From contig JACQSK010000021.1 in the NCBI GenBank assembly GCA_016205975.1, positions 106,593-170,592 on the forward strand: 64,000 nucleotides of DNA, given 5' to 3'. This DNA is from Candidatus Uhrbacteria bacterium. Its GTDB lineage: Bacteria; Patescibacteriota; Patescibacteriia; UBA9934; GWF2-40-263. A model generated the notes under the pieces. The model saw nothing but the letters and a program-made list of their open reading frames with translations, ran no database searches and was not told where the DNA came from. Shown in pieces: positions 19,097 through 29,951 of this stretch (positions within the stretch are counted from its first letter, which is position 1; each line of letters opens with the position of its first letter). Made by a program: the position numbers and the translations under genes.

Positions 19097-20578
19097 CTAC
19101 CACGCGGATGCGAGCATTGCAACTCGGTACCGTAGTCGAATGTCATCAAGCGTTCGTCCGGTGCCCGGAGCGCCGACGTGCTCCCATTCGGACAACCACA
19201 TCGCATTGAGGACGTCCTCGACGGCTGCCTCACGCCCTGGCACTTCGCCGCTTTCGATTCGGCGACGAAGCCGGTCCCACTCACTTTCCGCCCTTGCACC
19301 ATCGAATGTGAACCCAGCGAATACGCGACCCCCTGCTGCCTCAGCGATGATCCGCGCTACACCCTTCACCTCATCTCGCTGTGTCGAGAAGTAGTCATCA
19401 AATACAGAGATGACTCGTTTCCAGGCCCTGGCGCCGGCCACGCGCTGTTGGACGTCATGTGCCCGTTCGTTGCCAAACCGTGCCAAGCACTCCCCAATCA
19501 TTTTTGAAACTCGCTCGTATCCACTGGAATCAGCTAACGTTTTTAGCAAGATAAGGCGCACATCGGGCGCTGGATGTTCCTGGGCGTGGGGGTCCTGCTC
19601 GTAGCGTTCCATCTCCGCCATCAAAGCGTAAGGGTAGGCCGGACCCATGACCATGAACGCACCGAAGTCGGCTAGCAACTCAATTGCCTGAGCGGCGATA
19701 TCAGCATGTACCTGCTCCGCGCTCTCCCCCCGCACAGGGGGATAGCATCCCCGGACCGCCAAGTAGAACGCCGTGGCCGCTCGAATCAAGTCTTGAGTGA
19801 GGCGAGGCAACAGGCTGCGCATTCCGCGCCATAGATGCTGACGTTGTCCAGCGCCCGCGCCTAGTCGCGGTTCTGCAAGGAGTAAGACGCGGTGCCACTG
19901 CTCGTGCGCCGACATGGCCGCATACCGCAATGTTGCAGGAACGAATCGTGGGTGGGTAACGTACGAGAGGTTCAGGTAGGTGGCGAGTTCCTTCATGCCC
20001 TTTTTGAGTTCCCATTCCCGTCTTCCGGTACGCGCGTATACCTCGTAGATGGGCTCGATGAGGCCGTAGAAGGACTCGGCGCATTCCAACGAGTACCGGA
20101 CCCCGCCCGATACCGCAGTCACCGGAACGCCGACCTCCAGGTTGCCGTAGAATGGCGCGAGACGCCGGTGGGTCGCGTCGACCACGCGTTCGACGCAACG
20201 AATCGCGTGTGGACCGATCGGATGGATGTCCCCCAGGCTCAACCTCCAGGGATCCTGCATCGAGTGGAATTCCCCGCGACCGGTTCGGCGTCCCTGCAGA
20301 TATGCACTCACGAATAGCTGGTTCCGTTCCTGTAGGCTCAGAATCCAGCGACGTAGGCGATCCCGATCCGTACCCGCGTCCCTGCTTGCCCTTTCCAGTC
20401 GTCGCGCTACTTCGGACATCGACCGGACGAAGAACCACTGCGGTGATCGGTACCCTGCCGAGGTCCGGCGAGCAACGGCCTCGATTTGGGCTCGCGTCGC
20501 TTCCACTTCGTGACACAGATATCGGAGCTGTTCATCGGTCGCAACGGCGCGTTCCCTCAGGGCCAGAATAGGGAGCAT
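19097..20578 (-). CDS. hypothetical protein (494 aa)
   Basis: Internal Met MLPILALRE with an AGAGGG RBS. The upstream part of the ORF is RBS-less. Confidence 0.45.
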   Translation of the reverse strand: MLPILALRERAVATDEQLRYLCHEVEATRAQIEAVARRTSAGYRSPQWFFVRSMSEVARRLERASRDAGTDRDRLRRWILSLQERNQLFVSAYLQGRRTGRGEFHSMQDPWRLSLGDIHPIGPHAIRCVERVVDATHRRLAPFYGNLEVGVPVTAVSGGVRYSLECAESFYGLIEPIYEVYARTGRREWELKKGMKELATYLNLSYVTHPRFVPATLRYAAMSAHEQWHRVLLLAEPRLGAGAGQRQHLWRGMRSLLPRLTQDLIRAATAFYLAVRGCYPPVRGESAEQVHADIAAQAIELLADFGAFMVMGPAYPYALMAEMERYEQDPHAQEHPAPDVRLILLKTLADSSGYERVSKMIGECLARFGNERAHDVQQRVAGARAWKRVISVFDDYFSTQRDEVKGVARIIAEAAGGRVFAGFTFDGARAESEWDRLRRRIESGEVPGREAAVEDVLNAMWLSEWEHVGAPGTGRTLDDIRLRYRVAMLASAW

Positions 20579-21363
20579 CTTGGCCCTCTTGCGCGCGCGT
20601 GGGTGAACGGTTACTATACTAAGGCATGGGCGTTCTGTCAAGCCACCGCCGGTTCACGCCGTACAATGAGGTACGTTGGCGCGCAATCGTGATGGTCCTG
20701 TCATTCAGACGACTTACGTACCAGGCGATGATGGAGGGCAGATGACCCCGAAGAAAGCTGCTGCGCATCGCAAGAAGGCGGCCTCGCTAGTTGATCGTCA
20801 CGGTCGTCGTTTTCGAGGGGAAAAGAACTTCAAACGGCGTACGGATGCCCTTCCTGAACACGTGGATCCCTGGGGTGTGCACAGCAACAGGGAGACGCAA
20901 GCGGTCCCCCGCCGTCGAGCAGCGAAGCCTGCCGAGCGCGAGGAACCCGGCAAGGAGAAGTGAGCAAGGCGAGCAGTGCTTTGGGTGCTCGTGGACCAGA
21001 CGTGCATGGGCACGGTTTGACACTCCACAAGGCATGGAGGGGAGTCGATTGCGCGAATCAGGCGCCGGATGAGATGGTGCGCTGACCCCGTCGAGGTCTA
21101 CGACGCGATCACCCGCGGCGCGTTCCCGCCGAACCCGTCCTGGATGTGCCCCCGGTGCGAGTACCGGCGGGCGTGCAGGGGCGCGATCGCGATGAAAGCT
21201 GCGGCGTGAACGAAAACGACCCACTCCCGGGACGCGGGGGTGGGTTTTCGATTCAGAAGAGGTGCGTGTTTCACCGGTGAAACAGGAGTACCTGCATCCG
21301 GCGGAGGCGGCACGCATGCCTGGTGACGGGCCTCTCCCCCGGCTTACGCCATCCACCGCGACC

Positions 21364-21855
21364 CTACCCCCCGGCCAGGCTCCACGCGATCCCGACGACG
21401 ACCGGGATCGCGACCACGCCGACGATGACCAGCACCCCCTTGGCGTCCAGCTCGCGAGGCGGGTCGGCGTCGTTCCCCACCTGCGGCACGCCCGGCCGGT
21501 ACGTGACGAGGCCCCCGTCGTGCACGATCGTTCCCGGCCGCTCCACCCGTCGGCGCTCGAAGATGAGCGTCTCGCCCGCCTGGGGCGCGTACAGGAACAG
21601 GGTCACGAGCAGGCACACCAGGGCGAGCAGGTGGAACAGGATGCCGGTCTTGGCCGGCAGCACGTGGGCGAGCCGGTACCCCTTCTCGTTGTACCGCGCG
21701 ATGGTCGTCTCGAGCTTGCGCCGCTGGAGGCCGCCGGTCATCGCCCCGACGAGCCCGCCGGCGTAGCTGAGCGTCGCCACCCGCGACTCGACGGGGACGG
21801 GGACCTCGGCAGGTCCAGGGCTCGAGGATGGCAAGCTCGGCGTGGGCGTGTCCAT
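21364..21855 (-). CDS. hypothetical membrane protein
   Basis: Start at MDTPTPS. One TM helix (ILFHLLALVCLLVTLFLY). Confidence 0.35.
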   Translation of the reverse strand: MDTPTPSLPSSSPGPAEVPVPVESRVATLSYAGGLVGAMTGGLQRRKLETTIARYNEKGYRLAHVLPAKTGILFHLLALVCLLVTLFLYAPQAGETLIFERRRVERPGTIVHDGGLVTYRPGVPQVGNDADPPRELDAKGVLVIVGVVAIPVVVGIAWSLAGG

Positions 21856-21908
21856 GGTGTTCTCCGGGGTCAGGTTTGTTCGCGCGGGGTGGCGGGCGCG
21901 CCGCGCTA

Positions 21909-23180
21909 CTACTCGTCGCCAGGTCGCGCGCGGATTCCCGTTGCCTTGTTCGCGTCGCGATCGAACGGCTTGGGCACCCAGGAGGTGAGGATGCCGTTGG
22001 TCACGACGAAGGTGCCCACCGTGGCATCGATCGTGGTCGTGATCTCGCGCTCCGTGATGGCGGTGCGGACCTCCGCGCCCGACTCTGGCCATGCCCAGCG
22101 CACGAGCGGCTCCGGAAGGCCGGTTGCGAGATCACCTGCGGCGAGGTGATCGCGGACGTCGATCTTGCCCGCGTCGTGGCTCCACTCAATCGCTTCGGCT
22201 GGGGAGTCGACGTCGGCGGTGGGAACCAGCCAGAGCGAGTCCAGCGATACGCGCCTCACGAGGGTCTGCTTTCGCCTGAAGCTCACCTTGCAGGTGTTGC
22301 TCGTGTAGCTGCCGGCCACGCACCGAATGCCGCCGGTGTCCACCCCTGACAGCGATACCACGGGCGGATTCTCCAGAAAGTAGTACGGCCGCGAGCGAAC
22401 CGTCCCGGCCCTGGGCGGCGCGTTGAGCGAGCCGCCGACGCACCAGCGCCCCGGACACCAGTCCCGGTATACCCAGCCCGACACGGCTTCGAAGACTGGG
22501 TTGAAGACGTCGACGAAGGTGCCGTAGCCGCTATCGTCCCTGCCGGTCAACTTGCCGCCGCTGAACGGGGGCAGGCCCCCCGAGGGGGTATCGGCGTCCA
22601 GCGGCAGGACATGTGCCCCGCCGGCTCGCACCACGAAGCGCATTCGCTCCGCGACCGGGGAGGCGGCGAAGATGGGATGAGCAGCCCACGGTCCGACCTG
22701 CCCGTCCCACGTCCGGAGTCCCCCAACCAGGAGATCGTCGCCCACCGCGGAAAGGGCCGCGAACTCGGAGCAGCAAGTCCATGCCGCCTCGGCCGCCTTC
22801 TGCGCCGCCTCGCGATCGCTCGAGATCAGCGTGAGCGACCGCTTCGCCAGGACCAGGCCCTGGTCCTCGTCACCGAGCTTGAGGGCGCCGTCATAGGCCC
22901 GGGCCGCTGCCGCGAACAACGCCTCGGGCTCCTTGTTCTCCGCGCTCGCGTCGTTCGAGGCGAGGCCGGCTTGGAGCCGGATGTCGCCGAGCGCGATGTA
23001 TGCGTCGCGCAACTCGGGGTCCGCGGTGATGAGCCCCTCCAGCTTCTTCACTGCGAGGTCGACCTGCGCGTTCTCGGCGAGTTGACGAGCGGCAGCGATC
23101 TCTCGACCGCTACCGCCGCACGCAGCGGGGAGCGCGAGCGCCGGAATCGCGGTCGCGACCCACCACGTACTCGGGTTCAT
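21909..23180 (-). CDS. secreted protein with TPR-like N-terminal helices
   Basis: Signal peptide MNPSTWWVATAIPALALPAAC. The upstream part of the ORF is junk. Confidence 0.4.
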   Translation of the reverse strand: MNPSTWWVATAIPALALPAACGGSGREIAAARQLAENAQVDLAVKKLEGLITADPELRDAYIALGDIRLQAGLASNDASAENKEPEALFAAAARAYDGALKLGDEDQGLVLAKRSLTLISSDREAAQKAAEAAWTCCSEFAALSAVGDDLLVGGLRTWDGQVGPWAAHPIFAASPVAERMRFVVRAGGAHVLPLDADTPSGGLPPFSGGKLTGRDDSGYGTFVDVFNPVFEAVSGWVYRDWCPGRWCVGGSLNAPPRAGTVRSRPYYFLENPPVVSLSGVDTGGIRCVAGSYTSNTCKVSFRRKQTLVRRVSLDSLWLVPTADVDSPAEAIEWSHDAGKIDVRDHLAAGDLATGLPEPLVRWAWPESGAEVRTAITEREITTTIDATVGTFVVTNGILTSWVPKPFDRDANKATGIRARPGDE

Positions 23181-23187
23181 GGAGCGC

Positions 23188-23697
23188 CTAATCACAGAAC
23201 CAGTCCATCCCGCCCTCGGAGACGCGGAGACCGCTCTCGCCGGGGGCGATGGTGAAGTGCACGATAGCTTCCATGCAGCTACACCCATCGACCTTGCAGT
23301 CGGCGTAAACCTTGTAGGTGGTCTTGGTGCCGGACGTCGTAGGCTTCCACTGCCCGAGCGTACCGAGCTTGAGATCGTCGGGAAAGCAGAAGGAGGTATC
23401 CCGGCCGCGAAACCGTGCGCGGTATTCGTCGGTGCTGGCGAGCGGCTTGCCTCCACATGAAAACGGGAATTGAATCAGGTCAAGCGTGCGCGGCTCGTCC
23501 TTCGCGTCGAATGCGGCGACGAAGGCCATCCACACGCCGCCAACAGTCGTGGGTCGGGGAGGCGTCGTGGTTGGACTCGGTGCGGCTGCGGTCAGGGCAG
23601 GCGGCGTCGCCGGGGCGTCCGCCATCGCCACCGGTGCGATCGCCAACACGGCCACCAAGCCGAGTAACGCGATTCGCGTCAGTTTCACGTCGGTCAT
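23188..23697 (-). CDS. secreted Cys-containing protein
   Basis: GGAGAG RBS plus ATG. Signal peptide MTDVKLTRIALLGLVAVLAIAPVAMA. Confidence 0.45.
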   Translation of the reverse strand: MTDVKLTRIALLGLVAVLAIAPVAMADAPATPPALTAAAPSPTTTPPRPTTVGGVWMAFVAAFDAKDEPRTLDLIQFPFSCGGKPLASTDEYRARFRGRDTSFCFPDDLKLGTLGQWKPTTSGTKTTYKVYADCKVDGCSCMEAIVHFTIAPGESGLRVSEGGMDWFCD

Positions 23698-23838
23698 CGG
23701 TCTCTCCATTCGAGGGTTGTCCACACCCCCCGGCCTTGCCGACGCGAGCCCGTGCCGTACCCTGGAGGGCAGCGGCACGAACCGGGGGCGACATCGCCAG
23801 GAAGGTTCGTCCAAGCGTAGGTAGGGCGAAGCGCGCGG

Positions 23839-24261
23839 TCAAGACGACCGGGCGTCTTTTTTCGACCGAGGAGGCCCAGGATCCGCCGGCACGGGGCTCG
23901 CCGACTCGTCGAAGCCCGGCGTTCCTGGCCAGGATTCGTCGACCGGGCGAGCCGAGGCGAGCGGGCGCGCGGCGCGTTCTCCGGGAGCGGCTTCGGCGAC
24001 CTGGTCGCGGTTCATCACCCGGGCGCGCAGGCGCACGAGGTAGCGGTCGAGTCCCGTGAGCCAGTGATCCAGCGCGTCGAGCTGCCGCAGCACCTCGCTC
24101 GCGGGCAGCTCCTCCACGCGCGGGTCCGTGGCGTCGGGGTCGTGCGCGAGCAGGTCGGAGATGGCGTCCCGGATCGCGATGAGATCGGAGAGCGGCGTCG
24201 ATGGGGACGTGGGCAGGGGAACCTCCGGTGGGGGTCGGTCACCCGGGTCGTGGAGGATCAA
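23839..24261 (-). CDS. hypothetical protein
   Basis: ORF with an acidic, helical composition. Weak evidence. Confidence 0.25.
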   Translation of the reverse strand: MILHDPGDRPPPEVPLPTSPSTPLSDLIAIRDAISDLLAHDPDATDPRVEELPASEVLRQLDALDHWLTGLDRYLVRLRARVMNRDQVAEAAPGERAARPLASARPVDESWPGTPGFDESASPVPADPGPPRSKKDARSS

Positions 24262-24322
24262 GGTAGCGGTTGGGCTTCCCGCGTGCCATCGGCAGGGCGT
24301 CGAGATGGCCGTACCGACCGGG

Positions 24323-25255
24323 CTACGCCCCCATCCGCGCCGAGAGCCACGGTAGCCGCCCGATGGCGTCCCGGAGCAGCGCCTCGTCCCCGTGCAGGTA
24401 GCGGGCGGTAGTGGCGAGCGAGGCGTGGTTCAAGGACTGCCGGATGATCTCGGTCGCCACCCCGACGCGCAAGAGCGCCGTCGCGTGCGCGTGGCGCAAG
24501 AGGTGGGGATGGAGGCGCACCGCGAGGCCGGCCCTTTCCCCGAGCCGCGCGAGCCGGAGCTGGATGGCCCGGGTCGTGAGCCGGTAAACGACCGGCGAGC
24601 TGGCTGCCGACGTGAATCCGCGCGGATTTACACGGCTCGGGAACAGCGACCCGTCGTCCCGGCCCCGGACCTCGATCCACGCGCGCACGACCTCCGCGGC
24701 GCACGGGTGGAGGACCACGTCGGTCCGGCCCCCGCCCTTGCGGGTGGCGCCCCGCAGGTGGCCGGTCGCGAAGTCGACCTGGGCAACGTCAAGACCGGCC
24801 AGCTCGGCGACGCGCAGGCCGGTGTAGAAGAAGAGGAGGAGGATCGTGGTGTCCCGGGCCCGTCGCCAGGACGGGGCTTCCGACGCGAGCACCCCGAGCA
24901 ACCGCTCGACGTCGGCGACGCCCGGGGCGGCGATCACGGACCTGGGCACCCGGGCGCGGGAGATCCCCGTGGTGGGGTCCGCGGCGAGCACCCGCTCGCG
25001 CACGAGCCACGCGCACAGCCCGCGGACGATCACCAGCCGGCGGTTGCGGGTGGACGGCGCGAGCAGCGTCCCGTCCGCCTGGCGGGTGACGAACGCGGCG
25101 AGGGCCTCCGGTTCGAGGGGAATGGCGCGACGCACGAGGAGCCCCAGCTCCTCGCGGTAGCCGGCGACGGTGGTCTCCCCCAGCCGCCGGTCGTCGGCGA
25201 GGTGGCGCAGGTAGCGGGCGAGCAGGTCGAGAGTGAGAAGGACGGGGGTAGGCAT
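24323..25255 (-). CDS. tyrosine recombinase, XerC/XerD-like
   Basis: N-terminal SAM-like domain (TTVAGYREEL). C-terminal catalytic region HLLRHAHATALL ... LGHASLATTARYLH with the conserved R/H/R/Y pattern. 310 aa. Confidence 0.7.
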   Translation of the reverse strand: MPTPVLLTLDLLARYLRHLADDRRLGETTVAGYREELGLLVRRAIPLEPEALAAFVTRQADGTLLAPSTRNRRLVIVRGLCAWLVRERVLAADPTTGISRARVPRSVIAAPGVADVERLLGVLASEAPSWRRARDTTILLLFFYTGLRVAELAGLDVAQVDFATGHLRGATRKGGGRTDVVLHPCAAEVVRAWIEVRGRDDGSLFPSRVNPRGFTSAASSPVVYRLTTRAIQLRLARLGERAGLAVRLHPHLLRHAHATALLRVGVATEIIRQSLNHASLATTARYLHGDEALLRDAIGRLPWLSARMGA

Positions 25256-25618
25256 GGTGGGCGGCACGTCTTTCAAGGGGATCGGAACTTCGCAAAACCT
25301 ACGCGAGGGCGAAAAGAGGAGGTCCCCGTGCTGGGACCTCTCGTTGGCGTTCCGGTCTTCTGGGGTTGCTCCGCTTCCTGGCCGACGGTGGCCGCGACCG
25401 GATGCTCCTATGCTCGCGGTGTGCACAGGATGCGCGGGCTGCCTTGCTCCCGTCTGACCTGACGCCGCCGGCGAGGAGGCCGCCCGACGGGATAGCGTCG
25501 TCGGCGGGGAGTGGCGAGCCCCGTTCAACGCGCGCCCCGCACGTCACCCGTCTGCAGGACGGACGGGTTGTCGGCGCCGATGGTCTTCCACTTCTGATAC
25601 TCTCTTGCGTGAGAGGAT

Positions 25619-26938
25619 GTGATGCATACGGCGAGACGAATCCCCATTCCCCTCGCCATTTTCGCGCTCGGACAAGGCTGCGCGACGGAGTTGTGCGCGG
25701 AGGACTCGCCGAACGGCGAGCAGTGCCAGAATGGAGGAACAGAGCCGGATGCCGGGGAGAGCCCGGGCAAAGAAGATTCGGGGGACACCGGGGAGACCGC
25801 CGACAGCGGCGAACCGTGCCCGGCCGACGATTGGCCCTGCCAGGTCGTGCCCCTTTCCGGCGCGCAGGCCCAGCTCATCGGCGAGTTTCCGGGCGACTAC
25901 GCCGGATTCGCACTGGCCATCCTCGACGACCGGGTGTTCGTCGGGGCGCGGCGAGAAGGGACGTTAGCCGTTTTCGTTTCGCCCCCCGTCCCGGCCGGAC
26001 GAACGCTCCTCTCGGACCCACTCGTCCTGGAGGGTGACGTGCTGAGCGGCGGCATCGAAGTGCTGGGCGGGGACGAGGTCGTTCTGTCTTCGGCGTATAC
26101 GACCTGGGTGGTCGATTCCCTCACCCTCTCCACCGCTGAAGCGCGCCTGTGGACCAGCACGGTCGGGGATTATGGAACCGGCGACCTGACGGGGGACGGG
26201 TTCCCCGACCTCGTCGTTGGCCTTTCCCACGTTGACGTAGTGGATGGGCTGCGGACGGGTGATGCATCCAACCCGGATGCGCGGATCTCCGGCGTAGGCT
26301 ATCGCATCATCGTGCCGGGCGACGGGGACGGGGACGGAGTCGACGACGTGGTAGCCATGGACGAGTATAGAGAACTCGCGTACCTCTTCCGCGGCCCGTT
26401 CGCTGGCGAAGTTGATGCATCAGCCAGCGATGCTCGGTGGGGTAGCGAGTTCGACATGAGCTGGATCGAGCCCGTGGGTGACATCGATGGGGATGGGCTC
26501 CCGGAGATGTCGATCTTTTCGTACGGGCAGGGGGACAACGAATGGATCCCTCTCATCCTCCCGCTGCGCGAGGACGGGACGCCCTCCCTGGGTGATGCAC
26601 TTGCCAAGATCGTGAACGACGTACCCGGCGTCGGCTTGGCGAACGCGAAACGCGCGGGCGATGTCGACGGCGACGGGCGCGGCGACCTCGTCGTCGAAGG
26701 CTGGGTGCCCTCCGAGCGCGGCAACGTCCGCTCGGTGCTCTTCTATGGCCCGATCGAGGGCAGCGTCTCCCTCGCAGACAACGGCCAAGCCATCCTCCGC
26801 GAGGACGATGATGCGGCCGAGGGCGAAACCCGGAGCGGCGACATCGACGCCGACGGCCTGTCGGACCTGGTATTCGGGATCGGGGATTCGGAAGAGGGTG
26901 CCGGCTCCGCGTACGTGCTGTACGGTGGAGCTTTCTGA
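25619..26938 (+). CDS. FG-GAP repeat lipoprotein
   Basis: Signal peptide ending ...LGQGC. Repeated D.DGDG..D and FG..GAP-like segments (GDVDGDGRGDLVV, GDIDADGLSDLVFG, YVLYGG). Confidence 0.6.
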   Translation: MMHTARRIPIPLAIFALGQGCATELCAEDSPNGEQCQNGGTEPDAGESPGKEDSGDTGETADSGEPCPADDWPCQVVPLSGAQAQLIGEFPGDYAGFALAILDDRVFVGARREGTLAVFVSPPVPAGRTLLSDPLVLEGDVLSGGIEVLGGDEVVLSSAYTTWVVDSLTLSTAEARLWTSTVGDYGTGDLTGDGFPDLVVGLSHVDVVDGLRTGDASNPDARISGVGYRIIVPGDGDGDGVDDVVAMDEYRELAYLFRGPFAGEVDASASDARWGSEFDMSWIEPVGDIDGDGLPEMSIFSYGQGDNEWIPLILPLREDGTPSLGDALAKIVNDVPGVGLANAKRAGDVDGDGRGDLVVEGWVPSERGNVRSVLFYGPIEGSVSLADNGQAILREDDDAAEGETRSGDIDADGLSDLVFGIGDSEEGAGSAYVLYGGAF

Positions 26939-26950
26939 GCGACCGAGGAT

Positions 26951-28111
26951 CTACGGCAGATCCACAACCCAGTCCACCCTCATCTGGCCCTTCCCGTTCT
27001 CGGTCCAACACGTGATGATGTACCCCTCCCACGCTTGCGTGTGCGGGCGGTTCGCCTGTCCCGAGGACGTGAGGGCTTCAGGTTCTGACCATAGAGGTTG
27101 CCAGTCCGAATCGAACAACTGACGCATGATGTCGCCAGCGTCATTCTTCTCGTCCTCCGGCCGCACCTCGAACTGCCGATACGTCACGAGGAAACAGTTC
27201 CCGATTTGGACCACCGTTGGCATGGCCAGGTTGCAGTCACTTTTTTCGATGAGTACCTCGGCAGACCTGATCCCCGCAGACGTCATGGAATCGTCGACCA
27301 CGACACGTGCGATGGTGCTCTCTTGGGATGGCACCATGCTCGTCGGGGCAAGGATACAAATCTCCGAGTACCTCGACTGGAGAAACGCAGATGCTCCGTT
27401 CTTGTGCCTCGAATCCCTGACATACGTAGAGTCAGTGACGTCTCCCCACTCATACAACGCTCCGCGGAGCGTGACATGGATCAGCCGGGTCCCGCTGTGC
27501 GTTCCAGGGGCCAGCACCCCAACGATCACTCCACCATAGAAGGGGTCGTTCAACGCATGAACCAAGAAGTGGTCGTTGGTCCCCGTGACCCGCTCGAAGA
27601 AATCGGCGCCTGAGTAGGACAACTCCATGGCGTCCTCCATGCCCGGGATCACATCGATTTCGTCCTCGACCGTGAACGTCTCGCTCGCCTCGTCGAAGGT
27701 GACCTGGAGAACGGAGAGGGATTCGTTGCCTTCGCCATCGTCGGGCCCATAGGAGTACGATAGCCAGTGATACTGCGTCAATGGTGAGACGATGTGCCAA
27801 TGGTCTACGACTCGACCGGACGTCGAGAGCGAATGCCACGAGATACTCGTCATCTCACTGGAATCGATTGGATCAACGACCGCCAACTTCAGCGTTCCAC
27901 CCTGGCTGGTCGACAGGATGACTCGCGCGCCGCTGCCGTACCCGCGCGCAAACAACCACTCCGCGGTCCCGTCGATGTCGGCGTGTTGGACTACCTTGTA
28001 TAGGTGCGGCTCCCAGAGATGGTTCGTTGCCTCTCTCACCCCCTCCATCAACTCCTCCCACCACGCCTCCACGTAGGCAGTCAACCACGTCGATATATTA
28101 TTGAACCACAT
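26951..28111 (-). CDS. hypothetical protein (lower-GC islet)
   Basis: 386-aa ORF with non-biased composition. Local GC about 55%. Confidence 0.4.
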   Translation of the reverse strand: MWFNNISTWLTAYVEAWWEELMEGVREATNHLWEPHLYKVVQHADIDGTAEWLFARGYGSGARVILSTSQGGTLKLAVVDPIDSSEMTSISWHSLSTSGRVVDHWHIVSPLTQYHWLSYSYGPDDGEGNESLSVLQVTFDEASETFTVEDEIDVIPGMEDAMELSYSGADFFERVTGTNDHFLVHALNDPFYGGVIVGVLAPGTHSGTRLIHVTLRGALYEWGDVTDSTYVRDSRHKNGASAFLQSRYSEICILAPTSMVPSQESTIARVVVDDSMTSAGIRSAEVLIEKSDCNLAMPTVVQIGNCFLVTYRQFEVRPEDEKNDAGDIMRQLFDSDWQPLWSEPEALTSSGQANRPHTQAWEGYIITCWTENGKGQMRVDWVVDLP

Positions 28112-28266
28112 GCTCCAACAAGCCCCGCAACAACAGCGTTAGACAGCGCAGTCCCGTCCGAGACAGAGATTTGACTAGGTCGCCTGCCCGCTTCTTCTCG
28201 ACTGGCAGGTGGTACCGGTATCATGGTACCGACGTTGCGCGCCGGCCCCAGCCCGCTACGGCTCGA

Positions 28267-28683
28267 CTACCCGCAATCCTCCCACTCGACGACACCCGAG
28301 ACGCGGGCGCACTTCAGCGATGCGGCGCTTGCCTTGAAATAGAATCCGAAACGAATGAGCTGCTTCCCGGCCGTGCTCCCGGCAAGCCCCGTCATCCCCT
28401 GCGGAAAGCTCACGCCATTGCCCGTCTTGTCGTTGCGCGTCGGATCGGCGCCGCCGCTTGGAAAGATGGTGGTCGTCGGGCTGTCCGGCACGTCCGCGGT
28501 CTCGAACGCAGGGTACACGATGCCGTTGGAGTCGGTCGTGTTGCGTACCTCGAACGTGATCCGGGCCAACTGGACATCAGGGGCGGGCCCCCAAGCCGTG
28601 CAGGGATTGAACTCTCCAGTCCCGGTCTCGAGATCGCTGAAGATGGTGGTCCAGGGAATGACGATCTTGCGAAGGCGGGCCAT
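28267..28683 (-). CDS. hypothetical protein
   Basis: 138-aa ORF, protein-like. Confidence 0.3.
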   Translation of the reverse strand: MARLRKIVIPWTTIFSDLETGTGEFNPCTAWGPAPDVQLARITFEVRNTTDSNGIVYPAFETADVPDSPTTTIFPSGGADPTRNDKTGNGVSFPQGMTGLAGSTAGKQLIRFGFYFKASAASLKCARVSGVVEWEDCG

Positions 28684-29951
28684 GTGTAACTCCTAGTCCG
28701 TTGGTTGAGTAGGTACGCTGTCGGGCCGAACCCGACCCAGGTTGTCAGCGCAGTGGTCCATCCATTCCATCCTTGTACCGGATGCCCATGCGCACGAAGC
28801 GCTTTTCGCTGGTGAACTCCGAGAAACGCTGCGGGTCGATTTCCGTCGGCTTCTTCCAGGGTCCACCCACACCCGTGCGGCTGAGCAGGATGCCGACGTG
28901 GACCTCCAGGCGGTCATCGGTGTCCAGGTCGGGTCGCATCGGGACCAGGAAGTGCATCCGCGGCGCGCGCGGCAGCTCCACCGAGGAGCGTGACAGCCAC
29001 TCCGCAAGCGGCACGAACCTCGTGGCTGGCGGCGCGGCGTGGGCGGGCGATCGATGCTCGCCATTGCCGGACAGTCGCTTGGCCATGGAATCCTCCCGCG
29101 AGGCGGCCCGGAACTCGGGGCGCCTGAGCGACCCTTGCACTGTGCGCGAGCGACTCCCGGCGGGTCAATGGCCGCCGCGAAAAAACCTGCCGCAACGGCG
29201 GGAGGTCCCCGCTGGTACCCCGATGGGCACGCGATCGTAGACGAGTAAAAAAGTTTTCGCGACGGGTGATCCGGGCGCGCTCGGGCCGTGCTGGCTGCCG
29301 TCCAATTCACGATCGAAATCGCCGGGTGCGGGTCGGGACGGTCGTGCCGGCGCCACATCCCCGGCGCAGCGAGCAGGAGCTTTCCGAGCATCTTGCACTG
29401 CACGAGCCGCACGGTCACGCTCGGGAAGTCCGACGGGTAGAGCGGCACCTGGTCCTTGTTCGTGAACTCGACCTTCACCGAGTCCTCGACCCGGGTGGTC
29501 CCCGTCCCGGACTTCAAGTGCGTCTCGATCTCGAGGCTCCGCCTGCCCGGGGCTAGCCTCGCGCGCGCGCGCGAAGAGAGAAGTGTGTCAACGGTATTGG
29601 CGAACAGTCTCCCGTCGATGCCGCCTCCTGGGGCGCGGTCGACGCTTCCCATGACGACAGCGAACACCGTCGGCTCGGCGGCGAGGATCTCGGGCTTGTC
29701 GTTGCGCCCCCGCGTCGGTGTCGTGCAGTGCGCCACCTCCGGGCCGGCGTCGAGCCGCACGGCTCATCCACGCCCAGCGCGGACGAGTGCACGCCGGGAA
29801 TCGCGTCCGGCGAGCAGCCGCGAAAGCCGTGCGCGCCCGGGAGCCGCTCGCATCGGCAAAATAAAGTTCGTGGGCCGCGAGACATTTGTCCTTCTGCGCA
29901 CCCTTCCTCAGTGAGCGACCTGGCATTTCGCGCGGCGCTCCGGAGCCCACG

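Noticed and set aside
20676-20963. 95-aa basic ORF
   Set aside because: No RBS. Lys/Arg-rich low complexity. Lies in a promoter region for the divergent 494-aa gene.
28693-29760. 355-aa minus ORF (and alternative 131-aa frame 28745-29140)
   Set aside because: Only the N-terminal third looks protein-like. The remainder is Arg/Ser/Pro junk. It is possibly a frameshifted pseudogene, but no frame could be supported with confidence.
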